From the IMG/VR virus record IMGVR_UViG_3300037458_000523, positions 1 to 39,356 of that record: a stretch of 39,356 nt of DNA, one strand, 5' to 3'. Shown here in pieces: positions 1 to 8,809 of this stretch (within the stretch, counting starts at the first letter, position 1; every line of letters starts with the position of its first letter). This DNA is from a virus. Taxonomy: Duplodnaviria; Caudoviricetes. The translations under genes were made by a program, and so were the position numbers. Below the pieces are notes generated by a model. That model did not search any database, was not told the origin of the DNA, and saw nothing but the letters and a program-made list of their open reading frames with translations.

Positions 1-861
1 CACCTGTACGACCCGATAATTAAGCACCTGAACCATCATTGTGACCCCTCAATTCGTCTGGATGTTGCAGGAAATACTGTAATCGGTTACGCTTTAAGGG
101 CGCTTAATCCGGGGGATGAATTGACGTTCAATTACATGACCTTGGACGAGCGTCAGGCAGATGGGGGACTTCCATGCCAATGTGGTGCCCCCCAGTGTTA
201 CGGAATGCTGAACGGGTGGGATGGGCTCACTCGCCGACAGCAAGAAGACCTCCTTCCTTTGGTTGGGGGTTACATCAAGGAGCGAATCATGAGTGAGAAG
301 CAGCAGAAATTGCTGTCTGAGTTGCATGGGATCATGGGGGACGGCACGATGGAGATGTGCGGTATGTACATCCCGACCGGGGCTTGTCATTGCTGCCAGT
401 TCGGTGGGGGCAACTGGATCGGCCTTCTTCCCGGTGAAGTGCAGTACCTCAAGGACGGCCCGACGGAAGATTGGACCGTGATCAAGGATAACGGCCATGG
501 GCCGCAAGGGATCATCTGCCATCGCGATCCCTCCACCTGCACCACCCACAAGCCGCTGGACTGCAAGTTGTACCCCTTCTTCCCCATCTCCGTGGAGAAA
601 TGGGTTGACGGTACGGCCTTGGTACATTTGGCAGCCGGGGACCTGAAGTGTGCGGCCAAGTCAGTGCTTGTGTCGGCCTTGAAGGGGGTAGTGGTAGAAG
701 AGGGAACTACCCTTCCGTTTGGGGACCACCTTGTTGCTGCGGCCAAGGTTGGGCTCCAGTTGCACGATAATGGCCTTGCCTACTGGATGGAAGAGACCTT
801 CTCTTCCTACGTTGGCTATAGCCGTGGCTACACTGTTCTGCTCAAGGGAGACCAATCATGA
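1..861 (+). CDS. SET-domain/post-SET protein fused to a YkgJ-like (CxxCxxCC-type) cysteine-cluster domain; 5'-truncated by window edge
   Basis: Frame 1 is open from base 1: ...LNHHCDPS...ALRALNPGDELTFNY (SET NHxC and ELxFxY motifs), then CQCGAPQCYG (post-SET). C-terminal half has ACHCC...C...C..KPLDCKLYPF. Confidence 0.8.
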   Translation, partial: HLYDPIIKHLNHHCDPSIRLDVAGNTVIGYALRALNPGDELTFNYMTLDERQADGGLPCQCGAPQCYGMLNGWDGLTRRQQEDLLPLVGGYIKERIMSEKQQKLLSELHGIMGDGTMEMCGMYIPTGACHCCQFGGGNWIGLLPGEVQYLKDGPTEDWTVIKDNGHGPQGIICHRDPSTCTTHKPLDCKLYPFFPISVEKWVDGTALVHLAAGDLKCAAKSVLVSALKGVVVEEGTTLPFGDHLVAAAKVGLQLHDNGLAYWMEETFSSYVGYSRGYTVLLKGDQS

Positions 862-1514
862 TTGACATCGACCGTCACTGGAAAGAATTTCAGCATCACT
901 ACCTCACGGTTTTGGAGGGGGCCCTGCCGGAAGCCTCTGTAGCGGACGTGTTCCTTGCCTTGATGTGCGGAACACCGAATGGCAGGGTCGATGTGGATGC
1001 CCCGGCAGACCCGGATACGTTGACGTTTGGCGGGATCACCCGCTATGACTACTATGACTACCCCGGCATCCTGCGCTTCGCTCCCACTGTGCGGGGGTGG
1101 TACGATGCACTTTTGCCGTTGGTCCAAGCGATCACCGGCATGAAGGCCATTCAGTCCCCCTACTTTGACAGCTCGGTGCTGGCTCTGATCTATCGGGACA
1201 ACGAGGGGCAGCAGGAGTACCACTACGACACTCAGCCGATTACGGTACTTTTGTACCTGAACGACAATCCCGACAGCGGGGCCACGGCAGCATATCGCCG
1301 AAACGATGACGGGAAGCTGACCCTTGTTTATCCGAAGCGCGGGAATATCCTCCTCATGCGGGGTAGGGACCTGAAGCACGCGGGGCTTGCGGTTACTTCT
1401 GGGGTCAAGATGGTGATGCCCATGAACTACTACGTGGAGGGGGATACGTGGAGGCCGGCATTCCTTGAAGACAAGGACTACTGGACCAAGCGCAATGCCA
1501 TGAGGACCACCTGA
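858..1514 (+). CDS. 2OG-Fe(II) dioxygenase superfamily protein
   Basis: YHYD (HxD) followed by the strand ITVLLYLND; distal KHAG..VTSGVK; ATGA overlap with the upstream gene. Confidence 0.8.
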   Translation: MIDIDRHWKEFQHHYLTVLEGALPEASVADVFLALMCGTPNGRVDVDAPADPDTLTFGGITRYDYYDYPGILRFAPTVRGWYDALLPLVQAITGMKAIQSPYFDSSVLALIYRDNEGQQEYHYDTQPITVLLYLNDNPDSGATAAYRRNDDGKLTLVYPKRGNILLMRGRDLKHAGLAVTSGVKMVMPMNYYVEGDTWRPAFLEDKDYWTKRNAMRTT

Positions 1515-2617
1515 TGGAAAAGCTCAGGGAGAAACGGTATCTGGAGCAGAACGTCCTTGATGCCGCAAAGGATCGGTTGAGATACCTTATTGACCAGTTC
1601 GACTCCCTGTGGGTCTCATTCTCGGGGGGTAAGGATTCGCTGGTAGTTCTTACCCTCCTTGAAGAGGTGTACCGTGAGCAAGGAATCACGGAGAAGATCA
1701 ATGTCATCTTCCGTGACGAAGAGTTGATCTCTACCACCGTGGTGGATTTCGTCTCCCTGATCCACGATTCCGGGAAGTACAACCTGCATTGGCTGGCAGT
1801 GCCTATGAAAGGGGGCAAGTACATCATGGGGAGGTACCTGCCATTTACCTGTTGGGACCCGTCCCGTAAGTGGCACCGGCAACCCCCGGCTTATGCGGTT
1901 CGTTCGTTGGGCACGGATACCAGCCAGCTTGATGAATACTCGTTTGATGAAGCCACCTTCGCATACTTCAATCCCAAGGGGCGGGTGGCAATTCTCACTG
2001 GGGTCAGGGCGGACGAGTCCCTGAAAAGGTTCATGGGGGTTACGTGCAAGGTAGCTGACAACTACATTTCACGGACCACCAAGAAGACGTGGATGGCCAA
2101 GCCTATCTACGACTGGACGGAGACCGATGTTTTCAAGTGGTTTTACGATGCAGGTATCGACTACTGCCCAGTATATGACCTGCAAGCGTGGGCCGGTTCT
2201 CAGCTTCGCGTTTCCACCGTCACCCATGACAGGGCCAGATCACAGTTGTATCGAATGAAGGCCATGGAGCCAGAGTTTTACCAGTCCTTGATCGAGGTCA
2301 TGCCGGAAATCGAGACCACCTTCCGGTACGGGGAGGACGTGGATTACGACGCCTTGATGCGGAAGTTCCCCCCGACTATGGAGGGGTGCTTGGAGTTTGC
2401 CAAGACCTACGTCGGCCCTGAACTGCGGGATGATGCAGTGCAATACGTGACTTCGGCCATGGCGACACGGAAGGACGGGGAGGCTCGTGGTCTTCCGCTC
2501 GGGCACATGGCAGTGCTCAGGGTTTATCGGGCCATTTCCAGTGGCTCATTTTGGGGGAATGCCCCTCTTGTCGCAGCACCGTCTGAGGAGGACTTTGACT
2601 TTGAACAAGCACGCTAG
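1514..2617 (+). CDS. PAPS reductase-family / IbrA(YbdN)-like PP-loop protein
   Basis: VSFSGGKDS PP-loop, FRDEE, GVRADESLKR, KPIYDWTETDVF. Confidence 0.88.
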   Translation: MEKLREKRYLEQNVLDAAKDRLRYLIDQFDSLWVSFSGGKDSLVVLTLLEEVYREQGITEKINVIFRDEELISTTVVDFVSLIHDSGKYNLHWLAVPMKGGKYIMGRYLPFTCWDPSRKWHRQPPAYAVRSLGTDTSQLDEYSFDEATFAYFNPKGRVAILTGVRADESLKRFMGVTCKVADNYISRTTKKTWMAKPIYDWTETDVFKWFYDAGIDYCPVYDLQAWAGSQLRVSTVTHDRARSQLYRMKAMEPEFYQSLIEVMPEIETTFRYGEDVDYDALMRKFPPTMEGCLEFAKTYVGPELRDDAVQYVTSAMATRKDGEARGLPLGHMAVLRVYRAISSGSFWGNAPLVAAPSEEDFDFEQAR

Positions 2618-3020
2618 CGAGGGTACCCCGGTGGAAGTCCGGGTCGTTGAGTACGATGACGCAACCCTCAGTTCTTTGCTGCGGGAGTTTAAGCGGGAGC
2701 CGGGGATGTCATGGGGAAACCCCCACGGAACCAAGTGGATTTTTGGTGTGGTTCGTGGCGAGCTTGCCGGGGTTGTGGCCCTTGCGCCGTTGCCGAATGG
2801 GACCCTCAGATTCAAGAGTGACGTAGTTCTGGCAAAGTTTCGTCGGCAGGGAGTGTACGCCTTGCTGTCCAAGCGCCGTCTTGAACTCGCTGACGAATCG
2901 GGTGCGTCCAAAGCCTCTACCTATGCCGGCCCTATGTCCAAGGGGCAGTATCTTCGTGATGGGTTCAAGGTCATGCAGGTGGGAAAGAATGGCACAGCCT
3001 ACATGGTGAAATCACTTTGA
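2601..3020 (+). CDS. GNAT-family acetyltransferase
   Basis: VLAKFRRQGVY acetyl-CoA motif A and YLRDGFK. Start re-placed at TTG 2601 behind GAGGAGGA (GTG 2631 is an alternative). Confidence 0.75.
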   Translation: MNKHASEGTPVEVRVVEYDDATLSSLLREFKREPGMSWGNPHGTKWIFGVVRGELAGVVALAPLPNGTLRFKSDVVLAKFRRQGVYALLSKRRLELADESGASKASTYAGPMSKGQYLRDGFKVMQVGKNGTAYMVKSL

Positions 3021-3044
3021 CAAGTTACCAAAATCTGGTATAAT
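3017..3044 (+). promoter_or_regulatory. sigma70-type phage promoter
   Basis: TTGACA-N16-TATAAT with TGG before the -10. Confidence 0.85.
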
Positions 3045-3072
3045 AAAACATCAACTTGTTAGGGGCAAAGAA

Positions 3073-3654
3073 ATGGCGTCACCGATGTACAACGGGTGGG
3101 CAGGGAAAATCCGCGATGTCCGGGGGAACAAGTTTTATGACCTCCTGCGCCAGAATAAGCTTCCAGCCCCTAAGCACTGCCACTTGTGTAACCGGGAGCA
3201 TGGCCCAAACAGCGCCAATACCTACCATGCCGAAGAGTACGGGAGCACATGGGAGAGCTACCTAGAAATCTGCAAGCCTATGTGTCCAGTGTGTCACGGC
3301 ATGATGCACATGAGGTTCAAGTTGCCCAATCGCTTCAAGCGACTCAAGCACCGTGTCGCCGCTGGAACCCTTCTCGCGGAAGCCCCAGTTATTCCGTCCC
3401 TTCAAAAGTTCTTCACAATCGCTGGAAAGCTCGGGGACATCCCCTTTGTCGAGGACTGTAAGTCCGGGAACCCGTGGTTAGATGGTGTGCAATTAACTGC
3501 ATACAAGGGGGGCCCAAAGCTGGCCACAATTCTCGGGGCGGACGGGGAGGTTCCCGACCCGATAATTTATGGTACCTTCGGGAAAGACTGGAAAACCCTG
3601 ACCGGGGTCATTCTTCATTCTGACGGGACCCTGACCGAAGTAACCTACGAATAG
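3073..3654 (+). CDS. HNH-like Zn-binding hypothetical protein
   Basis: CHLC...YHAEEY...CPVCHGMMH pattern. Confidence 0.5.
   Translation: MASPMYNGWAGKIRDVRGNKFYDLLRQNKLPAPKHCHLCNREHGPNSANTYHAEEYGSTWESYLEICKPMCPVCHGMMHMRFKLPNRFKRLKHRVAAGTLLAEAPVIPSLQKFFTIAGKLGDIPFVEDCKSGNPWLDGVQLTAYKGGPKLATILGADGEVPDPIIYGTFGKDWKTLTGVILHSDGTLTEVTYE
3487..3502 (+). repeat. dispersed quasi-palindromic motif, copy 1
   Basis: GTGCAATTAACTGCAT, inside ORF 3073-3654. Confidence 0.8.
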
Positions 3655-3666
3655 GACAGCCAGACA

Positions 3667-4224
3667 ATGACGCATCTTGCTAATCTTGAAGACCATCCAA
3701 TCTCCAAAGTCCAGTGGGAGAACGTGAATCTCCTGCGGGCCAATTCCTACAACCCGAATGTTGTACTGACCCCTGAACTCAAGCTCCTTCGGTTCAGCTT
3801 GCTGAAGCAGGGGTGGGTTCAGCCGATTCTGGTTGGACACGACCCCGGGGAAGAAGCCCGGGTGTTTGAGATCATTGACGGGTACCATCGGTACACCCTC
3901 TGCAAGACCGACAAGGCGGTGTGGGCCTTGACGCAGGGGCTTGTTCCGGTAGTGGTGATGCACCTGACTGTTCCTGAGCGCATGATGCTGACTGTGCGTA
4001 TCAACAGGGCCAAGGGCAACCACATGGCCATCAGGATGCACGAGATTGTGGCCCAACTGCACAATGAGCTTGGCGTTTCTATTGCCGACATTTCCGAAGG
4101 CATCGGAGCGGACAAGCATGAAATCGACACCCTGCTCATGGAAGACATCTTCAAGAAGAAGGATGTCGCCAATGTCCCGTACTCGAAAAGTTGGGTGCCT
4201 ACCAAGCGCACGGTGTCGAAATGA
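3667..4224 (+). CDS. ParB/Srx-like protein, IbrB-like
   Basis: ANSYNPN, GWVQPILV, IIDGYHRY, TVRINRAKG. Confidence 0.88.
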   Translation: MTHLANLEDHPISKVQWENVNLLRANSYNPNVVLTPELKLLRFSLLKQGWVQPILVGHDPGEEARVFEIIDGYHRYTLCKTDKAVWALTQGLVPVVVMHLTVPERMMLTVRINRAKGNHMAIRMHEIVAQLHNELGVSIADISEGIGADKHEIDTLLMEDIFKKKDVANVPYSKSWVPTKRTVSK

Positions 4225-4745
4225 CAGTGAAGTTCGCCGTGCGGTTCCTCCCCACTACGTCTGTCAAGCCGTATCATCAGAACGTCAAGACCCATTCCCG
4301 CAGGAACGTTGCTGCTATCGCTGAACTCCTTGCACGCTTCGATTTCGACCAGCCTATCGTCGTAGATGCAGATTTCGTGATCATCAAGGGCCATGGACGG
4401 TACATGGCGGCGGTGTACAGCAACCTCAAGATGGTCCCGGTCATCATCCGAGACGACCTTACCCCGGAGCAGTGCCAAGTTGCCCGTATTGCGGACAACA
4501 GGGTATTTGAGCTTGGCCTGATAGATCACGAGGGTGTTCGGGCTGAACTGGAAGATTTCGTCAAGGAGGGCGGGGAAGGCGCTGAGGTCATCTTCGACTT
4601 CCTAAAGCCGGCCAAGGAGAAACCCGCCCCCGGTGATTCAGGGTTACAAGTCTCAGTTTCTGGGGTGACCAAGGGGCCCTCCCTTGAGGGAACCATGCTT
4701 ATCTGCCCTAAGTGTGACTTCACCTTTTGGGAGCAGAAGCCATGA
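4221..4745 (+). CDS. ParB/Srx N-terminal domain protein with C-terminal CPKC
   Basis: KPYHQNVKTH, FDQPIVVD, IIKGHGRY, RIADNR; start at the ATGA overlap 4221. Confidence 0.85.
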   Translation: MTVKFAVRFLPTTSVKPYHQNVKTHSRRNVAAIAELLARFDFDQPIVVDADFVIIKGHGRYMAAVYSNLKMVPVIIRDDLTPEQCQVARIADNRVFELGLIDHEGVRAELEDFVKEGGEGAEVIFDFLKPAKEKPAPGDSGLQVSVSGVTKGPSLEGTMLICPKCDFTFWEQKP

Positions 4746-5215
4746 AGATAGAGTACCTTGACCCAAAGACTCTGAAGCCGTACTTCCGCAACCCAAAGCA
4801 TCATCCAGAGCGACAGATCGAAGAACTGGCTAGGATGATCGAGGTTCTTGGATTCGACCAGCCGATTGTTGTCGATAAGAAACTGGTGATCATCAAGGGA
4901 CATGGACGCCTCCTCGCCGCACTCAAGCTTGGGCTAGACGTTGTTCCGGTGATAATCCGGGACATATCAGCCACGGACGCAAAATTTTTGCGGGTTGCCG
5001 ACAACGAAGTAAATACAGGGGACTGGGATTCTGCGGCGTTGCGGCTGGAACTGCGTGAGCTATCTCAAGGAGGGGCAGACCTATCCCTTACTGGTTTCGA
5101 GCTTTCCGAGCAGCAGGCGCTCATGGCTGACCTACCCCCTCGTGTAGCAGGGGCCCTTCTGATTCCAACGGTGGAGACAACTCATGAGTGCGACAAGTGC
5201 GGGTACAGGTGGTGA
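4742..5215 (+). CDS. ParB/Srx N-terminal domain protein with C-terminal CDKC; paralog of 4221-4745
   Basis: KPYFRNPKHH, FDQPIVVD, IIKGHGRL, RVADN; ATGA overlap. Confidence 0.85.
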   Translation: MKIEYLDPKTLKPYFRNPKHHPERQIEELARMIEVLGFDQPIVVDKKLVIIKGHGRLLAALKLGLDVVPVIIRDISATDAKFLRVADNEVNTGDWDSAALRLELRELSQGGADLSLTGFELSEQQALMADLPPRVAGALLIPTVETTHECDKCGYRW

Positions 5216-5963
5216 AGTGGGGGGCTTCCATTACTTCCGGCATGATGGCCAACGTGATCCTCTCGTAATCCCGGATGGGGTGGCTCTGATCGAGTCGGGG
5301 CTTGGGGATGATTTCACCAAGGAAACGAGCATTACGTTGGGGTTCCCGTTCGACATGCTTGTTGATCTGCCGTCAGTGGTTCATACGGTGGTGATAGACC
5401 TGCCTCTGGATACCCTCATTAACGGGCTTGGTAAAGGGTACCTTCTGGACCTGATGAATTTTTGTCCTGAGTGCCTTGATTGTCAGACTCCCTTTCTGGT
5501 CAATATACAATTCCCGTGGTGGGGGACCCCCGTTACTGGCTCCCGGCTGTTCCTCGTGGCATCTAAATTTGAATGGGGCCCATTGTTAGTTTCTGGGACC
5601 CCTAAAGTCATGCGGGACATCTTGCCCCATGTGCGGCAGATGGCTCCAAACGCGAAGCCAAGGGGAAATTTGCACCCGGGCCTGTATTCTCTGTGGGGGT
5701 ACTTGAACGCTAGCGATTCCCCGGCCCCGGCCCTCTCAGACTGGGGAGAGAAGTACCTCATGTGCGAGAAGGGAGAGGGGAAGACTCTGCGTGTCTCCAG
5801 ACTTACTTCCGAGGAGGTAGGGCTTTTGTGGGGGTACACTCCCAAAACGTCATCCCCCTCAGAGCTTAGTCGAGTCACACCCACGGCAGTGCTGAAAAAC
5901 TTCCTGTGTGCCCTCAAGAAAACATTTGACAATTCTCTGGAAACGGGTAGTATTAAGTCATAG
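5184..5963 (+). CDS. degenerate C5 cytosine methyltransferase-like protein (start may be GTG 5217)
   Basis: WGTPVTGSRLFLV resembles motif VIII and RLTSEEVGLLWGY resembles motif IX. No FxGxG or PCQ motif is visible. Confidence 0.45.
   Translation: MSATSAGTGGEVGGFHYFRHDGQRDPLVIPDGVALIESGLGDDFTKETSITLGFPFDMLVDLPSVVHTVVIDLPLDTLINGLGKGYLLDLMNFCPECLDCQTPFLVNIQFPWWGTPVTGSRLFLVASKFEWGPLLVSGTPKVMRDILPHVRQMAPNAKPRGNLHPGLYSLWGYLNASDSPAPALSDWGEKYLMCEKGEGKTLRVSRLTSEEVGLLWGYTPKTSSPSELSRVTPTAVLKNFLCALKKTFDNSLETGSIKS
5926..5953 (+). promoter_or_regulatory. sigma70-type phage promoter
   Basis: TTGACA-N16-TAGTAT. Confidence 0.8.
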
Positions 5964-5991
5964 AGTCTAATACCGCACATGGAGGTGCAAA

Positions 5992-6201
5992 ATGTCAATG
6001 AATACCGTCGAGCGTTGGGCGAAACAAGTTCCCCTGTCTCAAGTCTCTGTGGTGGAGCCCGAGACCTATGCGTTGTATGGAAACAAAGTTTTCGTGGCTA
6101 ACGGACCCGTCATTCTTGCGATGTGCAAGCAGATGTGCCTCCCCTATGAGGATGCGATGTACGAGATCGAGAACCGCCTTGACCGGATCAACGTCCATTG
6201 A
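5992..6201 (+). CDS. hypothetical protein
   Basis: Strong GGAGGT RBS, directly after a promoter. Confidence 0.7.
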   Translation: MSMNTVERWAKQVPLSQVSVVEPETYALYGNKVFVANGPVILAMCKQMCLPYEDAMYEIENRLDRINVH

Positions 6202-6203
6202 GA

Positions 6204-6638
6204 ATGGTTGCGAGGAAAACATCTGAACTGACAGGAGCAGCCCTTGACTGGGCAGTGGCTAAGTGTTGGTGGCATGATGAATTTGACCGGAAGCGGGTAT
6301 GGGTGCACAACAAAAAGACGCGCATCCTCAACAACAGCGACGTAGCCCATGATAGGCGCTACTACTACAGCCAAGAATGGAAGCCCTCAATAGATTGGTC
6401 TCAAGGCGGGCCGATCATCGAGCGAGACGAGATATGCCTGCAAAAGGTTGGCCTATTCGGTGAGGAGGAGGAATTCGGGCCGTGGGCCGCTTCTATAGCG
6501 GAGAACAGCGGCTACGGCCCTACCCCTTTGATTGCAGCCATGCGCTGCGAAGTCGCCTTTCGCCTTGGCGATGAAGTTGAAATCCCGGAGGAGCTTATCG
6601 ACAATACGGGGAAGGAGCATGGGGATGCCAGCGTTTGA
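6204..6638 (+). CDS. phage NinX-family (DUF2591-like) protein
   Basis: ELTGAALDWAVA...PSIDWSQGGPIIER...GPTPLIAAMRC. Confidence 0.8.
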   Translation: MVARKTSELTGAALDWAVAKCWWHDEFDRKRVWVHNKKTRILNNSDVAHDRRYYYSQEWKPSIDWSQGGPIIERDEICLQKVGLFGEEEEFGPWAASIAENSGYGPTPLIAAMRCEVAFRLGDEVEIPEELIDNTGKEHGDASV

Positions 6639-6825
6639 AATGACAACAAGTGATTTGATTTTGTGCGCGAACCTCTTGAACGGGGATGCACGCCAATGGG
6701 ATAGCATGGCGGAATCCGCAAGCGATAAGGAACCGTATATCCGGCGCGCCGAGCGTCGCCGAGCCCTCGCTTTGCGCATGAGAAGAGAAGTCGAGCGGCG
6801 CGATGCAGAATATCTGAGGGGTTGA
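6625..6825 (+). CDS. hypothetical protein
   Basis: AAGGAG RBS before ATG 6625; tiles between its neighbours. Confidence 0.55.
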   Translation: MPAFEMTTSDLILCANLLNGDARQWDSMAESASDKEPYIRRAERRRALALRMRREVERRDAEYLRG

Positions 6826-6826
6826 G

Positions 6827-6988
6827 ATGTACAAGCTATTTTTGGCACTGATGCTGTACCTTGCGGGATTTATCGACGGGGCCAACTTCGAGCCCCCACC
6901 AGAATTTGTGCACGAGCAGTGGAAAGTCTGGGGTGCTCTCGTTTGCGCCTTCTTGTTCCTCAAGTGCTTGATGGGGGCCGGAAAATGA
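6827..6988 (+). CDS. small membrane protein (53 aa; not in ORF track)
   Basis: MYKLFLALMLYLAGFI...VWGALVCAFLFLKCLMGAGK; two hydrophobic stretches; ATGA overlap with the next gene. Confidence 0.6.
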   Translation: MYKLFLALMLYLAGFIDGANFEPPPEFVHEQWKVWGALVCAFLFLKCLMGAGK

Positions 6989-7206
6989 ATCGTTGCAGTA
7001 TGTGTGCCCACTACCACTGCCACAAGGAAACCGAGAGTTGGGAAATGCCCCACATCTTTTGGTATGAGCGGTCGTGTGATGCCCGACCAACCTTGGCGAA
7101 TCTGAAACAGTTTCCGTTTAAGCGGACCTCTTGTCCGAGGTACTCGGAGCGTACTGCCCCCAAGCCGCAGAATCCAGACTCTGTGCTGTTGGGGGCGGGG
7201 AGATAA
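6985..7206 (+). CDS. Cys-rich hypothetical protein
   Basis: MNRCSMCAHYHC...; ATGA overlap start. Confidence 0.6.
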   Translation: MNRCSMCAHYHCHKETESWEMPHIFWYERSCDARPTLANLKQFPFKRTSCPRYSERTAPKPQNPDSVLLGAGR

Positions 7207-7209
7207 CTT

Positions 7210-7578
7210 ATGGCTATCATCTTTCGGACCAAGAAAGAGCCCAGCGCCGACCTGTCTGCAACCCAGAAGCAGATACTGGTTGAGCAGGGGTTGCTCCCAC
7301 CAGAACCAGCGCCGGCCAAACCCGACCTGACAAAAACCTACCAGTCGTATTCTGCTGGGGACAAGGTAGTGATAGTCAATACCCTCTACTCATGGGTTGA
7401 GGAGTGGAAGCCGGGAGACACCGGGATTGTCCTACAGTATCGTGGGCCGGTTCCAGAAGCTATCCGTGACGGGAGAAAGTGGGGCCTCGTGGAGGTTAGG
7501 TTGGACAAGCCCCGGGTTTTCACTCGGGCCGTGTGTATGTTCCATGCGTGGGAGGTTGCTCCCGCCGCAACGACGTAA
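7210..7578 (+). CDS. hypothetical protein, SH3/KOW-like; paralog of 7580-7933
   Basis: GDKVVIV...WKPGDTGIV...VRLDKPRV. Confidence 0.65.
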   Translation: MAIIFRTKKEPSADLSATQKQILVEQGLLPPEPAPAKPDLTKTYQSYSAGDKVVIVNTLYSWVEEWKPGDTGIVLQYRGPVPEAIRDGRKWGLVEVRLDKPRVFTRAVCMFHAWEVAPAATT

Positions 7579-7579
7579 C

Positions 7580-7933
7580 ATGGCCATAGTCATTCGCTGG
7601 AAAGGAACGCGGGAGGTAAGACGCCCCCTAGCTGACGTTGTTGCTCAGGGGATTTCTTCTGGATACCAGCCACACTTTGCATTGCCAGTGATGACGTGGC
7701 CTCATTTCACCCCCGGGACCCGTGTGCGGGTAAAGGCACCGTCTAACCCAAGCATTATGGGATGGAAGCATGGGGATGTAGGGGTTGTAGAGAAGGTATG
7801 CCCGTTTCTTCCGGGACCCGGAAAACGAGCAACGGCGCATCTTGAGGACCTGTATTTTGTTCGGATGGACGTGCCAAGAGTTTCAAACCAAGAGGTATGC
7901 TATCTCACCTATAAAGAACTTGAGCATGAATAG
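7580..7933 (+). CDS. hypothetical protein, SH3/KOW-like; paralog of 7210-7578
   Basis: GTRVRV...WKHGDVGVV...VRMDVPRV; start MAIVIR at 7580. Confidence 0.65.
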   Translation: MAIVIRWKGTREVRRPLADVVAQGISSGYQPHFALPVMTWPHFTPGTRVRVKAPSNPSIMGWKHGDVGVVEKVCPFLPGPGKRATAHLEDLYFVRMDVPRVSNQEVCYLTYKELEHE

Positions 7934-8276
7934 GGGTGACATTATGGACTGCCCTAACTGCGGGACGAGCGTGGCCGGTGTTGCGTTGGTGGTGGGAATC
8001 GTTAAGCTCACATCCTTCCATTGCGGGTGTGGGAAGCGTTGGAGGACCAAAAGCTTGAAGGTGGAGTTTGACAGGGCCTTGTTTTTGGGTGAGATCAAAC
8101 GCCTTGAGAGCGCATATCCTGTTCAACCGCCCCCGGAGGTTACTCGCGCTATCGAGTATCTCAAGGTAAAGATAGAAGCAGACTACAGACAAGGGCTTGA
8201 CGCCGAAGAAGCCCTTCGCCGTCGCAGGAACGATAACTGGGAAAGGCAATTTTTACGGGCAGCACTAGGAGGCTGA
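7926..8276 (+). CDS. Zn-ribbon hypothetical protein
   Basis: CPNCG...CGCG. Confidence 0.55.
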   Translation: MNRGDIMDCPNCGTSVAGVALVVGIVKLTSFHCGCGKRWRTKSLKVEFDRALFLGEIKRLESAYPVQPPPEVTRAIEYLKVKIEADYRQGLDAEEALRRRRNDNWERQFLRAALGG

Positions 8277-8277
8277 T

Positions 8278-8601
8278 ATGAACGAGAAGGTACAGTGGTG
8301 GGCAGACAAGGACATCAGAACTCGTCGGATCAGGGTAACAGGGTACGTTGGATTGCCAGCGACCAGTTACTTGGCGTCAGCAATGGTGGCCATAGATCAA
8401 GATACCATGTGTGGGGAGCCCACGCTAACTCTGTCACCAGCGGAAGCTCAGGGTCTTTTGGACTCTCTGTGGGAGGTCGGGATACGTCCCTCCAATGGGG
8501 AGGGTAACCTTGGTGAGGTCGGGGCAGTGAAATCCCACCTTGCCGATATGCGCCGGATTGCATTCGGGGTACTGGAGCTAAAGAATGAAAAACTCACCTA
8601 A
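8278..8601 (+). CDS. hypothetical protein
   Basis: AGGAGG RBS; tight packing. Confidence 0.65.
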   Translation: MNEKVQWWADKDIRTRRIRVTGYVGLPATSYLASAMVAIDQDTMCGEPTLTLSPAEAQGLLDSLWEVGIRPSNGEGNLGEVGAVKSHLADMRRIAFGVLELKNEKLT

Positions 8602-8809
8602 AAGGAGGCCAAAAACTGTCGTTGTGGGAGGGCACATGGCCGGCGAGGTCTTGACCCACATGCGGAAGGTAGCTTACACGGACATGCGTATCACGGCGAT
8701 GAACGTGATGCGTCATGCTGACCGTTTGCGTGACGACGATGGAATGCTTCGCGCAGCGGAAGAGAAGCGTCAACGGAAACTGGAAAGGAACAAACGTCAT
8801 GCAAAATGA
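8585..8809 (+). CDS. hypothetical protein
   Basis: Tiles the operon. Confidence 0.5.
   Translation: MKNSPKRRPKTVVVGGHMAGEVLTHMRKVAYTDMRITAMNVMRHADRLRDDDGMLRAAEEKRQRKLERNKRHAK

Noticed and set aside
1514-2617. cysH sulfur-assimilation gene
   Set aside because: There is no C-terminal ECGLH motif, and the sequence and ParB-like neighbour fit the IbrA/YbdN-type subfamily.
3667-5215. ParABS plasmid-prophage partition system
   Set aside because: No ParA ATPase is in the window, and two of the three proteins lack an obvious HTH. Kept only as a weak alternative explanation for the 16-bp motif.
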